From: Nemertoderma westbladi
Lineage: Eukaryota > Animalia > Xenacoelomorpha
DNA length: 32,906 nucleotides
Assembly: GCA_032718475.1 (NCBI GenBank)
Contig: JAUCBJ010006430.1
Span: 1 to 32,906 of the forward strand
Direction of reading: 5' to 3'
Shown here in pieces: positions 22,735 to 32,906 of the stretch. The notes under the pieces were generated by a model that saw only the letters and a program-made list of their open reading frames with translations, did no database searches and had not been told where the DNA came from. Both the position numbers and the translations under genes were made by a program. Each line of letters starts with the position of its first letter. The stretch's first letter is position 1.

Positions 22735-23270
22735 TGGTGCTTGTACTGGTCAGTCTGGTGTTGGCCCAGGGTTGTCTGGGGTTGGTACGAGTCAGTCTGG
22801 TGATGGTCTCAAGCTGTCTGGAGTAGTTCCCTGTTTGTCTGGGGTTGGTACTTGTCAGTCTGGTGTTGGACCAGGGTTGTTTTGGGTTGGTACAAGTCAG
22901 CCTGGTGATGGTCTCGAGATGTCTGGAGTAGGTCCCGGCCTGTCTGTGGTTGGTACTTGTCAGCCTGGTGTTGGCCCAGGGTTGTCTGGGGTTGATACTG
23001 GTCTGTCTGGTGTTGGTCCACAGGTTGGTACTGATCCGTCTGGTGTTGGTTCCGAGCTGTCTGGTACTTGTTCTGGCCAGTCTGGTGTTGGCCCAGAGTT
23101 GTCTGGGGTTGGTACGAGTCAGTCTGCTGATGGTCTCGAGCTGTCTGGAGTAGGTCCCAGTCAGTCTGGGTTTGGTACTAGTCAGTCTGGTTTTGGCCAA
23201 GGGTTGTCATTGGTTGGTACAGGGTTGTCTGGTGTTGGTCTCGAGCCGTCTGAAGTAGGTCCCTGTACAG
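22735..23270 (+). repeat. Coding minisatellite, 21-nt units (SGVGxxL/Q), ~25 copies
   Basis: Units such as TCTGGTGTTGGCCCAGGGTTG, TCTGGGGTTGGTACGAGTCAG and TCTGGTGATGGTCTCAAGCTG, all in frame within ORF 22388-24280. Confidence 0.9.
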
Positions 23271-23275
23271 TCCCG

Positions 23276-23980
23276 GACGTTGGTGTATCTGTCCCCTCGG
23301 CCCTGGATGACAGTGTTTCTGTCCCCTCAGCCCAGGATGTCGGTGTATCTGTCCCCTCAGCCCTGGATGACGGTGTATCTCTCCCCTTTGTCCCGGACGT
23401 TGGTGTATCAGTACCCTCAGCCCAGGATGACGTCCCGGTTTTTGGTGTATCTGTCCTTTCAGCCCAGAATTACGGTGTATCTGTCCCCTCGGTCCAGGAC
23501 GTTGGTGTATCTGTCCCCTTGGCCCCAGATGACGGTGTTTCTTTCCCCTCAGCCCAGGATGACGGTGTATCTGTCCCATCGACCCAGGATGTTGGTGTAT
23601 CTGTCCCCTCAGCCCAGGATGTCGGTGTGTCTGTCCCCTTGATCACGGATGTCGGTGTATCTGTCCCCTTTGTCCCGGACATTGGTGTATCTGTCCCCTC
23701 AGCCGCTGTTGTCGGTGTATCTGACCCCTCAGCCCAGAATGACAGTGTATCTGTCCCCTCCGTCCCGGACATTGGTGTATCTGTCCCCTCAGCCCAGGAT
23801 GACGGTGTATCTGTCCCCTCAGCCCAGGATGACGGTGAATCTGTCCCCTCAGCCCAGGATGACGGTGCATCTGTCCCCTCAGCCCAGGATGATGGTGTAT
23901 CTGTCCCCTTGGCCCCGGATGATGGTGTTTCTGTCCCCTTGGCCCCGGATGACGGTATATCTGTCCCCTCGACCCAGGAC
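23276..23980 (+). repeat. Coding minisatellite, 30-nt units (DGVSVPSAQD), ~23 copies
   Basis: Consensus GACGGTGTATCTGTCCCCTCAGCCCAGGAT, head-to-tail and in frame. About 3 further 30-nt GVVPQ.P units follow at ~23993-24085. Confidence 0.95.
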
Positions 23981-26900
23981 GTCACCACAGAGTCTGGTGT
24001 TGTCCCTCAGATCCCCGTGGTATATGGTGTTGTCCCTCAGACCCCCGCGCTGCCTGGTATTGTCCCCCGGGCACCCACAGTGTCTGGTGGTGGAACTACA
24101 CTGACTGGAACCCCGAATGCCACATTGGCTCAATCAACCGCTGCTACTACATCAGTCAAATGGTTTACAAACATTGTTCCTCTTTTGGAATTATCTAACA
24201 AGATTAATAAAGTGTATGACGTAATAGTTCACTGGCGCCCCAACCTGTTCCTGCTCCCACCCGGTGCAATTGGGCGCTAGTTAGTGGATGAGATGTCCCT
24301 CCTCATGAATTTGTTTATTTCGGGTTCATTAATGGAGGAAGTTGCGATTACAGCGTTAATGATTCTCCCCACATTGTTCCTGCAGAAGCCGAGCCGTTCT
24401 TCGAACGCTGCAACATATAGGAAGGTTCTGGAACAGCGTTTAACTTCCTGGAAGTTGGCCCGGTTCGACGAATTACTGGTTGAGGCGAGGGCGATCCAAG
24501 CCCACCTACCGAAGTCAACATCACGAGCCTTTAAACAGCGGAACAAGTTGGCTGAGAAGGCGTTTTGTAAGCATATGCTTACTGGAAACGTAGCGGCAGC
24601 AACGCTATGTTTGAACGAGCTTGCCAGAAGTCGTGTTCTTAGTTTAGATGAGATGGTGACGGATAAGCGCGGAGTAACCAAGTAGGTTCGGGAAGCATTG
24701 CTGGATAAGCACCCGGCCGCATCGCCAGCCGACCCCTTGATTCTACTAGAACGGTTTCCAGGAGCACCTGAGTTCCGTGGTGACATCTTTGAGAGTATAG
24801 CACAACTCATTCTCAACTGTTTACTGCGAATACGCGGTAATGCGGCCGGACCATCAGGGCTGGATGCCCAAGGGTGGAAGCACCTCGCCACCAAGTTCCG
24901 CAACTCATCGGTGGACCTGTGCAACAGCATTGCGAACTTAGCGAAGAAGATTGCACAGTCAATTGCCAGGTAGCCTCTCATCGCTATTGCGCTGCCAATT
25001 AATTAATTGCACTGGATAAATGTCTGGGCGTCCGACCAATAGGAATCAGCGAAATGCTCCGACGGGTTATTGGGAAGGCGATGATCCACTGCATCTCGGC
25101 GGATCTCCAGGCTGTTTGCGGGATGGCGCAGTTGTGTGTGGGACAGAAGGCAGGGATCGAACACGCGATCCACGCGCTCAATGATGCTTTCGCTGAGGAC
25201 GAGTGCGAGGCCATCCTCCAGATAGACACGAACAATGCATTTAATTCGCTCAACAGCGCCGCAGCCGTGCACAATATCCAACACATTTGTCTGGCCCTAC
25301 ATACCGTGGTCACCAATTGTCACTTGTTCATCAGTTGAGAGCTTCTTCTATCGGAGGAAGGATCGACCCAGGGCGACCCCGTCGCGATGCCAATGTACGC
25401 CGCGGGTGTGCTCCCCCTGGTTGGCGAGGTGGATGACGTTTCTGATGTGGTGCAGAAGTGGTACGCTGATGACGGTAACGGCGCGGGTACGTTGTTGGAG
25501 CTGCGGAAGATGTGGGACGTCGTAGTGTGTCACGGTCCTCTCTATGGATACCACCCAACGAAGTGCCAGTTGCTGGTTAAACAAGGGCTGCTGGACGAGG
25601 CGAAGTGGATATTCCCGGAGGATTGCTTTACATTCAGCACACGGGGAAACAAACTCCTTGGTGGCGTTATTGGGGACGATGAATTCCGGCTGGAGTTTAT
25701 CCAAGCCAGAGTCGAGGAGTTCGTCCAACAGGTCCAGCGCCTCGAGGAGATTGCCCGCACAGACCCCCACTGCACCTACGCCGGTCTGGCGTTCGGACTA
25801 GTTGGCTGATGGCGGTACATCGCCAGAGTGTTCCCTGGGGCGACGGATCACTTCGACCCGCTGGAAGTTTCGGTTCGACATTTCCCCGAGACTCTACAGG
25901 AACGCACCTCAATGGCTGATGTCGAACGCGAGGTACTTTCGCTCCTGGTTAGGTTCGGGGGCCTCGGTATCCCACTGCCTGACGACTTGCAGTCGCAGTA
26001 CGAGAACTCGAGGGAGATCTGCGACCCGTTCAACGCCAGCTACAACATGTCCGAGGTGCGGGAGGCGCAGAAACTCATCGCCAGCCGGATAAAGTCTCGG
26101 TCCACTGCGACGTTGAAGGAGAAGGTGGAGGAAACCCGCGCCAAACTCAGAGACCTGCTGCGGAAGTTGAACGAGTTAGTGTGCGAGAAGGGAGCGTCGA
26201 CGTGGATCAACTCGCGACCGATAACCCTCCACAGTACCCACCTCAATAAGGACGAGTTCCGGTATGGTTGGCAACCCCAGTCTCTTCCAGCTCGTTGTGC
26301 CTGTGGGACACGATTTTCAGTTCAACATATTCTGTCGTGTCCTACAGGTGGATTCCCATCAATCCGTCACAACGAGATCAGGGATTTCGTGGCCGATACG
26401 CTGACTGAGGTTGCCCACAACGTCACCGTGGAACCGCACCTGCAGCCAATTACAGGTGAGATATTCGACCGCCGATCCACTTCCATCGACCAGCAGGCAC
26501 GTGTGGATGCATCAGCTTCTGGCTTCTGGGGTAACCGGTTCCAGAAGACCTTCATAGACATGTCTGTGTTCAACCCCCTAGCGGTGACCTATGCCGCAAT
26601 GTCGCTGGAGGGTGCGCACTCGTTCCACGAGACGAGGAAGTGGAACAAGTACGAGGAACGGGTTCGCGAGGTGGAGCTTGCAACCTTCACTCCATTGATT
26701 TTCTCCGCATTCGGTGGGATGTCGCCTACTACCAGGCAGTTCATCAAACACTTAATTTTGAGGCTGGCCGAGAAACGCGACATCCGGTACGCTGAGTGCT
26801 GCAACTGGGTGAGGCGGCAGGTTAGCTTCGCGCTCCTACGGGCCAGCCTCATGTGCATCTGTGGTTCGCGTTCGGCGCGCAACCAGCCAGTACACCAGGT

Positions 26901-27487
26901 CGCCGACACTTCAATCATTCTCACTAATGCGGACTTGGAGGTGTCAGTGTAGGTTGCGGGGCCGGGGAGGTATCAGTGTAGTTGGTAGGTAGCGGGTTCA
27001 GACTGTGAAATACATAAACTTTAGACTTTTTAAATTTCCCGCTCCATTTTAATTGTTTGTTCAATGTAAATAGGTGATTGGTGTTGTTTTATGTGTGCAT
27101 TTTTGAAAGTTTATAATATTCTGTAATTAAACAAACGTTCTCTATGTGCCAGTGGCACTAGTTCCCCTGATCCAAAAATTAAAATGTTGGTATCTAACTA
27201 AGTTTGGACCCATTTGATGACATTTGCTGCATGCAGGAAGTTATTTCTTGAGTCATGGATCTTTCATTAATGTGTTATATTGTTATAATTTTAATTGTGG
27301 TGCATCGCGATGGTTCAAAATTTCAACCCCCTTGGGATCCGTCAAGATATCTATGAAATTTAGAGAAATTTTTTTTGCCTTCATTTTTTACCATTTGGCA
27401 ACTTTAGCGCACCGGTAGAACAACGAAATCTAAAAAAAGTAGAAAACGCACCACCCTAATATATACGTCTTTAGGGCAGTGTGAATG

Positions 27488-27523
27488 GACGTATTTATAC
27501 GTCATTGGGCGGGAAGGGGTTAA
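27488..27523. mobile_element. Orphan right end of a piggyBac-type MITE
   Basis: Palindrome GACGTAT-TT-ATACGTC (27488-27503), then ...GGGAAGGGG|TTAA (TTAA at 27520-27523). No matching left end seen. Confidence 0.4.
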
Positions 27524-28569
27524 TCATCTGTTTTGGATTCAATATAAAGTTTTTAAGATACTGTACAGGAGATTAAACACATTACTATTTTCCAATTTGA
27601 TCAAAGCACCGACATACTGTATTCGTTTCGTACCTTGTTCATATAAGTATAAACTAAGAGTATAAACCACAACACTAAGGTGGAGCAAGTGTCAGATACC
27701 GTCAGATCAGATAAGGACAGACGTTTTAGCCATCCTATATTAATGCGGTTAAATTCTATAAATCGTTGATAGAAATGGGGAACGATGTTCAATACGAGAA
27801 GTTGCCCAAAAATATAAAATAACGAAAACCACATTATCCCAATGGGTGTGTAACAATTTCCGTTGCTCAAAAAGCCGGCCATTCAAAAGAGGGCGTAAGG
27901 AGCATTTTGAGAGAGGAGCCCCATCGATAATTGATACAAACGTTGAGAAATATGTATAGTATCGGCTCTGATATATATTGGTGATTGTGGTTGGCCACTA
28001 AACCGAGACCAACTAATCCACGTCATAAGGAATGCGTCTGGTGATATTTCCAATCCATGTAATGTCTGCCAACAACCATAGTAACTCTAGAACAACTTTG
28101 TTTAAATTTTTATTAGTTTCAATTATCAGCGCAATATCCTACTGTATGCAATATAATTTTTAAACGCTTGTACTCTAATAGTAGAAAGTAAAAATAAAAA
28201 TTCTGACTCACCCACGACCCACCCAGGAGTTGCGTGATTCTACCTCTATTTCAAGTTGCATGCAATCTCAATAACAATTTCAGAGGCATTTCTCCTGATG
28301 AAATTAAACAGGTGTTGGACCGAGGAATTTGAACCATCTGTTATAATTGAAAAACTTTGCGAATGAAGTTGATGCACTCATGAATTCTGCCTTTAGATTA
28401 CTTATTTTACTGATTTTTAGTCCAAACAACATTTTATATTGATAAAGCTAGTTACGGTGTAATATGGGTCATCCCTGTTGAATAATTCTTTGCTAAGGGT
28501 TTTTACGCCATCTAGTGCCATTATATGCATATTCTACCTGTGATATGATGTTCGCGTATTATGCCATTG

Positions 28570-28684
28570 TGTGGGGCGAGCCACGAAGTGAGTGAGCCTT
28601 AGCGTAGTGGTACCATTAATCAACCTGTGGGGCGAGCCACGAAGTGAGTGAGCCTTAGCGTAGTGGTACCATTAATCAACCTGT
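28570..28684. repeat. Exact 56-bp tandem duplication of the element's 5' end
   Basis: TGTGGGGCGAGCCACGAAGTGAGTGAGCCTTAGCGTAGTGGTACCATTAATCAACC occurs at 28570 and 28626. Confidence 0.95.
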
Positions 28685-31600
28685 CGTTCTGTCGTTCTGT
28701 CGCGTTCAATTTTAAACGTTAATAACTCGGCCAATCTTTGATGAAATCTATCCAAACTTGGTACACATGTTGTTTGGCAAAAGTTTAGAAATTTTCCAAG
28801 TAGAATTTCCGTGTGGCCTTCGAGAAGCTAAGATAATAGCAGTTAATTAGTTAATTAAGTTGATTACTGTAAAAACACCATTTTCAACCTGCCTTTTAAA
28901 GGAAATTAATTGTTTTACAGTATAAGATTTAAATAATTATACTTAAAAATTATACAGATGTAATCCACATACGCCATTCTATTATAGTTTTTAATTAGTT
29001 CAAGTGATTTGCTTTAATAATTGTGTCTTTAATTGATCTAAAGTAATTAAAACGGCGTAAAAAATTGATTCTCATTAAATACTGCTCATTTATTGGCCAA
29101 CATGCTGGTACATAGATGGAAGGATGTGTCTTAAGCCAGCCAGTTGCTGGGAATGATTATTGGTCAAGTCTCTGCTGGTGTGGAGCTAGCTGGGAGTTGT
29201 GGCTGTAGACTAACCAGAGAGGAATTGTAATAGGCAACCAGTATTGCTATTCCAGCCCAGACAGCATTCTTAAATCCAACATCCCAACATTGACTCTACT
29301 ATAAGTGTTGTATTGCTATCTCAGGTAAATGACAGATATAATAACATAAATACCATCCATGGCATGGCTGTTGTAGGCTTCTGAAATAGTTTATTCCACA
29401 ATGTATACGTCTGGTTATTTTTTAATTGAATTTTTGCAAAGTAGTAAAATTAATGTTCTTAAAAATAATATTATTATTTTATATGTAACCTAGGAAATTA
29501 GCTACATTTTTTCGCTGCAGCTTTAAGAGTGTACATTGATTTAATATTATTTCAATACCCATATTACTACATCGGCATAAGATGCGTTGGCGTTGTATCA
29601 CACATCTACACATATCACACATCTCCACATAGATGTATCAACAGTTACTCGCACAGTTTCGAAACTTCGCATAGTTATAACTGTATAAAGATCGTCAGTC
29701 TGCGTTTAGGAAAAATATTTTATGACAAAACAGGACAAGCGACGAGCGCAACGAGGCATATAATGAAGACGAGTACTGCGTTGACTAAATTATTATATAA
29801 ACCACCTGGCTTCACATATTGATCGCATCCCTAGTTATTATTATTATAAAGATCGTCCTAGCCTGCGTTTAAGAAATATATTTAAATACAAAACAGGACG
29901 AACGCAAAGAGGCTTATAATGAAAACGAGTACTGCGTTTATTATATTCCTATAAACCACCTGGCTTTGCATATTTAACGTTCGATTGGAAATAAGTTCGT
30001 GCTACCCTACCGTGGGTGGTAGATGTCGCGGTTATGTATTGGTGGTTGGGAAGGGTGGGGGGGGGGGGGGGGTGGGGGCGGAGAGATTAAAAGGGGTAAA
30101 CACGTACTGTCCCCCTTTCTTTGATTGATTGGTGGTGTGGGTAAATTTCTCAAAACCTGATTTTGTGATACAGTCGCTCAATTTTAATTTGTATCTAATA
30201 ACTGGGCTTCGTGCTGCGCGAAGGCCCCACGAACGTGTCGTTCTGTCGTTCTGTCGTTCTGTCGCGTTCAATTTTAAAAGTTAATAACTCGGCCAATCTT
30301 TGATGAAATCTATCCAAACTTGGTACACATGTTGTTTGTCACAAGTTTAGAAATTTTCCAAGTAGAATTTCCGTGTGGCCTTCGAGAAGCTAAGATAATA
30401 GCAGTTAATTAGTTAATTAAGTTGATTACTGTAAAAACACCATTTTCAACCTGCCTTTTAAAGGAAATTAATTGTTTTACAGTATAAGATTTAAATAATT
30501 ATACTTAAAAATTATACAGATGTAATCCACATACGCCATTCTATTATAGTTTTTAATTAGTTCAAGTGATTTGCTTTAATAATTGTGTCTTTAATTGATC
30601 TAAAGTAATTAAAACGGCGTAAAAAATTGATTCTCATTAAATACTGCTCATTTATTGGCCAACATGCTGGTACATAGATGGAAGGATGTGTCTTAAGCCA
30701 GCCAGTTGCTGGGAATGATTATTGGTCAAGTCTCTGCTGGTGTGGAGCTAGCTGGGAGTTGTGGCTGTAGACTAACCAGAGAAGAATTGTAATAGGCAAC
30801 CAGTATTGCTATTCCAGCCCAGACAGCATTCTTTAAATCCAACATCCCAACATTGACTCTACTATAAGTGTTGTATTGCTATCTCAGGTAAATGACAGAT
30901 ATAATAACATAAATACCATCCATGGCATGGCTGTTGTAGGCTTCTGAAATAGTTTATTCCACAATGTATATGTCTGGTTATTTTTTAATTGAATTTTTGC
31001 AAAGTAGTAAAATTAATGTTCTTAAAAATAATATTATTATTTTATATGTAACCTAGGAAATTAGCTACATTTTTTCGCTGCAGCTTTAAGAGTGTACATT
31101 GATTTAATATTATTTCAATACCCATATTACTACATCGGCATAAGATGCGTTGGCGTTGTATCACACATCTCCACATATCACACATCTCCTCATAGATGTA
31201 TCAACAGTTACTCGCACAGTTTCGAAACTTCGCATAGTTATAACTGTATAAAGATCGCCAGTCTGCGTTTAGGAAAAATATTTTATGACAAAACAGGACA
31301 AGCGACGAGCGCAACGAGGCATATAATGAAGACGAGTACTGCGTTGACTAAATTATTATATAAACCACCTGGCTTCACATATTGATCGCATCCCTAGTTA
31401 TTATTATTATAAAGATCGTCCTAGCCTGCGTTTAAGAAATATATTTAAATACAAAACAGGACGAACGCAAAGAGGCTTATAATGAAAACGAGTACTGCGT
31501 TTATTATATTCCTATAAACCACCTGGCTTTGCATATTTAACTTGCGATTGGAAATAAGTTCGTGCTACCCTTCCGTGGGTGGTAGATGTCGCGGTTATGT

Positions 31601-31799
31601 ATTGGTGGTTGGGAAGGGTGGGGGGGGGGGGGGGAGAGATTAAAAGGGGTAAACACGTACTGACCCCCTTTCTTTGATTGATTGGTGGTGTGGGTAAATT
31701 TCTCAAAACCTGATTTTGTGATACAGTCGCTCAATTTTAATTTGTATCTAATAACTGGGCCTCGTGCTGCGCGAAGGCCCCACGAACGTGTTAACCTGG
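28570..31799 (+). mobile_element. Helitron/Helentron-like non-autonomous element (HINE/DINE-like) as a ~1562-bp tandem pair
   Basis: 28683-30238 is repeated at ~30238-31790 with few differences. The 5' GTGGGGC..CACGAAG is inverted relative to the 3' CTTCGTG..GCCCCAC. A (GTCGTTCT)n microsatellite precedes an AAACTTGGTACACATG core. A GC-rich hairpin at 31757-31780 is followed by CTGG|T at 31796-31800. Confidence 0.75.
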
Positions 31800-32322
31800 T
31801 ATATAATCTCTGTTGATTGGATGTTTTGCTCACTCAGTACATGGAATTCGAATTTCAATTTTTTATTTGACATTAAATCAGTTAAAACAAGCACTAAAGA
31901 TAGCATTAAAATATAACATATGAAGTGTAAGGAAAAGGTAAAGGCAACAAACCAATGTACAGTATGGTACTGTATTCAACATGTCCTAGAAAATGTATTT
32001 TAACGGAAAACAGTACAAAACAAACATAGATAAATAAAATGACCTTCAATAAATTTGAAACACTATTTACAACATAATTATGGTAAGACTATTTCAGGAT
32101 TTAGGACCAACAAACTTAGTGGATACGAGATGAAAGGTGTAAGTAAGTGCAGCAACTATAAAATTATGGTCATTTTACTAAAAGTTATTGTAATTATGAT
32201 AAGGAATTTAGGACAAAACGAAGACAGTGGATACGAGGTGCAAGGTATAAATAAAAGAAACAACAACAAAATAATTATAAAAACGTTCGTCACCAATAAA
32301 ATCTATATTTTATGAACTGTAT

Positions 32323-32405
32323 TTATTTCTATTGTCTTACTAAAAATATTATGTACTGTAGTTATTTCTATTGTCTTACTAAAAATATTATGTACTGTAG
32401 TTATT
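32323..32405. repeat. 39-bp tandem duplication
   Basis: TTATTTCTATTGTCTTACTAAAAATATTATGTACTGTAG occurs at 32323 and 32362. Confidence 0.95.
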
Positions 32406-32906
32406 TATAATAAGTTTACCGCGGTAAGTTAGAAATTATAGATACACAATGCATATATTATATATACTGAGACTTAATTACAGAATTAAGCAGTGATTTG
32501 CCGTCGAGGATAACCCCATGAGACTATGTCTCGTTTTCATGAGGGTCCTCACTATATCAGGAAATATTAAAATCTACTGTATAAAGGTTCCATGAAGTTG
32601 ATACATATAGTATTATAGTATGTTACATATGTACATTATTGCAAATAAGTTTAAGACGAATTGCAATAATTTAGGAAGAACATGAGTGTGATAAAATAAA
32701 TAATATAAAAACACAATTAGGCGAATAAATATAAATATTACTAATAACCATGACTAATATCCGTTAAGTTAAAATATTCTGGGCATATAGGAGTTTCACT
32801 CATAACTTTTTGTTCGCGCTTTTGAAGACCTTTAGCAGTTTAACCTGCCAAAATTTATATGTATTTTAGTTAATTAAAACCACTTTAGCATACGACAATA
32901 ATTTAT

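Larger units (their letters stand above)
22388..26952 (+). pseudogene. CRE-clade non-LTR retrotransposon ORF (Cys-rich N-terminus, RT, CCHC + restriction-like endonuclease), disrupted
   Basis: N-terminus CCGCNGKTGRCRKCVCAK..C...C. RT: AAGPSGLDA, LIALDK..GVRPIGISE, QLCVGQKAGIEHAIH, IDTNNAFNSLN, EGSTQGDPVAM, WYADD. RLE: CACG..FS..H.LSC..GG....RHNEIRD, EPHLQP, ARVD, FID, HE..K..KY, FTPLIFS..GGM. In-frame stops at 24278, 24683, 24971/25000, 25336 and 25807, plus a frameshift at ~24960-25000. Confidence 0.92.

Noticed and set aside
23276-23980. 30-bp repeats as a CRISPR array; overlapping ORFs in other frames and on the minus strand
   Set aside because: No spacers. The extra ORFs are by-products of a repeat whose period is a multiple of 3.
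24278-25809. Stop-codon reassignment or selenocysteine read-through in the CRE ORF
   Set aside because: TAG, TGA and TAA all occur, along with a frameshift and apparent deletions. The TGAs are one substitution from Gly/Arg codons that fit the context, so ordinary decay explains them.
24277-26924. Minus-strand ORFs opposite the CRE RT/RLE region
   Set aside because: Antisense shadows of a GC-rich coding sequence with no independent motifs.
29529-31385. Duplicated 97-aa ORFs (29529-29822 and 31092-31385)
   Set aside because: GTG start and no recognisable motif; their identity simply reflects the tandem duplication.

Overview
AT-rich eukaryotic DNA, most likely from an invertebrate animal (inferred from its transposon families). 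I found no recognisable host gene; the window is largely nested, decayed transposable elements. In order: an unassigned CpG-rich island (~1.2-2.8 kb); three alternately oriented copies of a probable tRNA-derived SINE; an IS3EU-type MITE with a palindromic 22-bp array; a CR1-group LINE fragment split by a 1.3-kb TIR element; a TTAA/piggyBac-type MITE; a near full-length, decayed RTE-X-like LINE (-); a partial-tandem Neptune-type Penelope-like element (PLE, -); a CRE-clade retrotransposon (+); and a tandem pair of Helitron/Helentron-like non-autonomous units. The most interesting signals are: (1) a minimal variant hammerhead ribozyme (U3/A8 core, palindromic stem III) in both PLE pseudo-LTRs, 3238 nt apart; (2) a +1 frame break shared by both PLE copies at a CUU-UAA 'shifty stop' just upstream of the YRDD motif; and (3) a stop-free ~1.35-kb coding minisatellite expansion in the N-terminus of an otherwise pseudogenised CRE ORF. 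All family calls come from motif recognition by eye; no database search was run.
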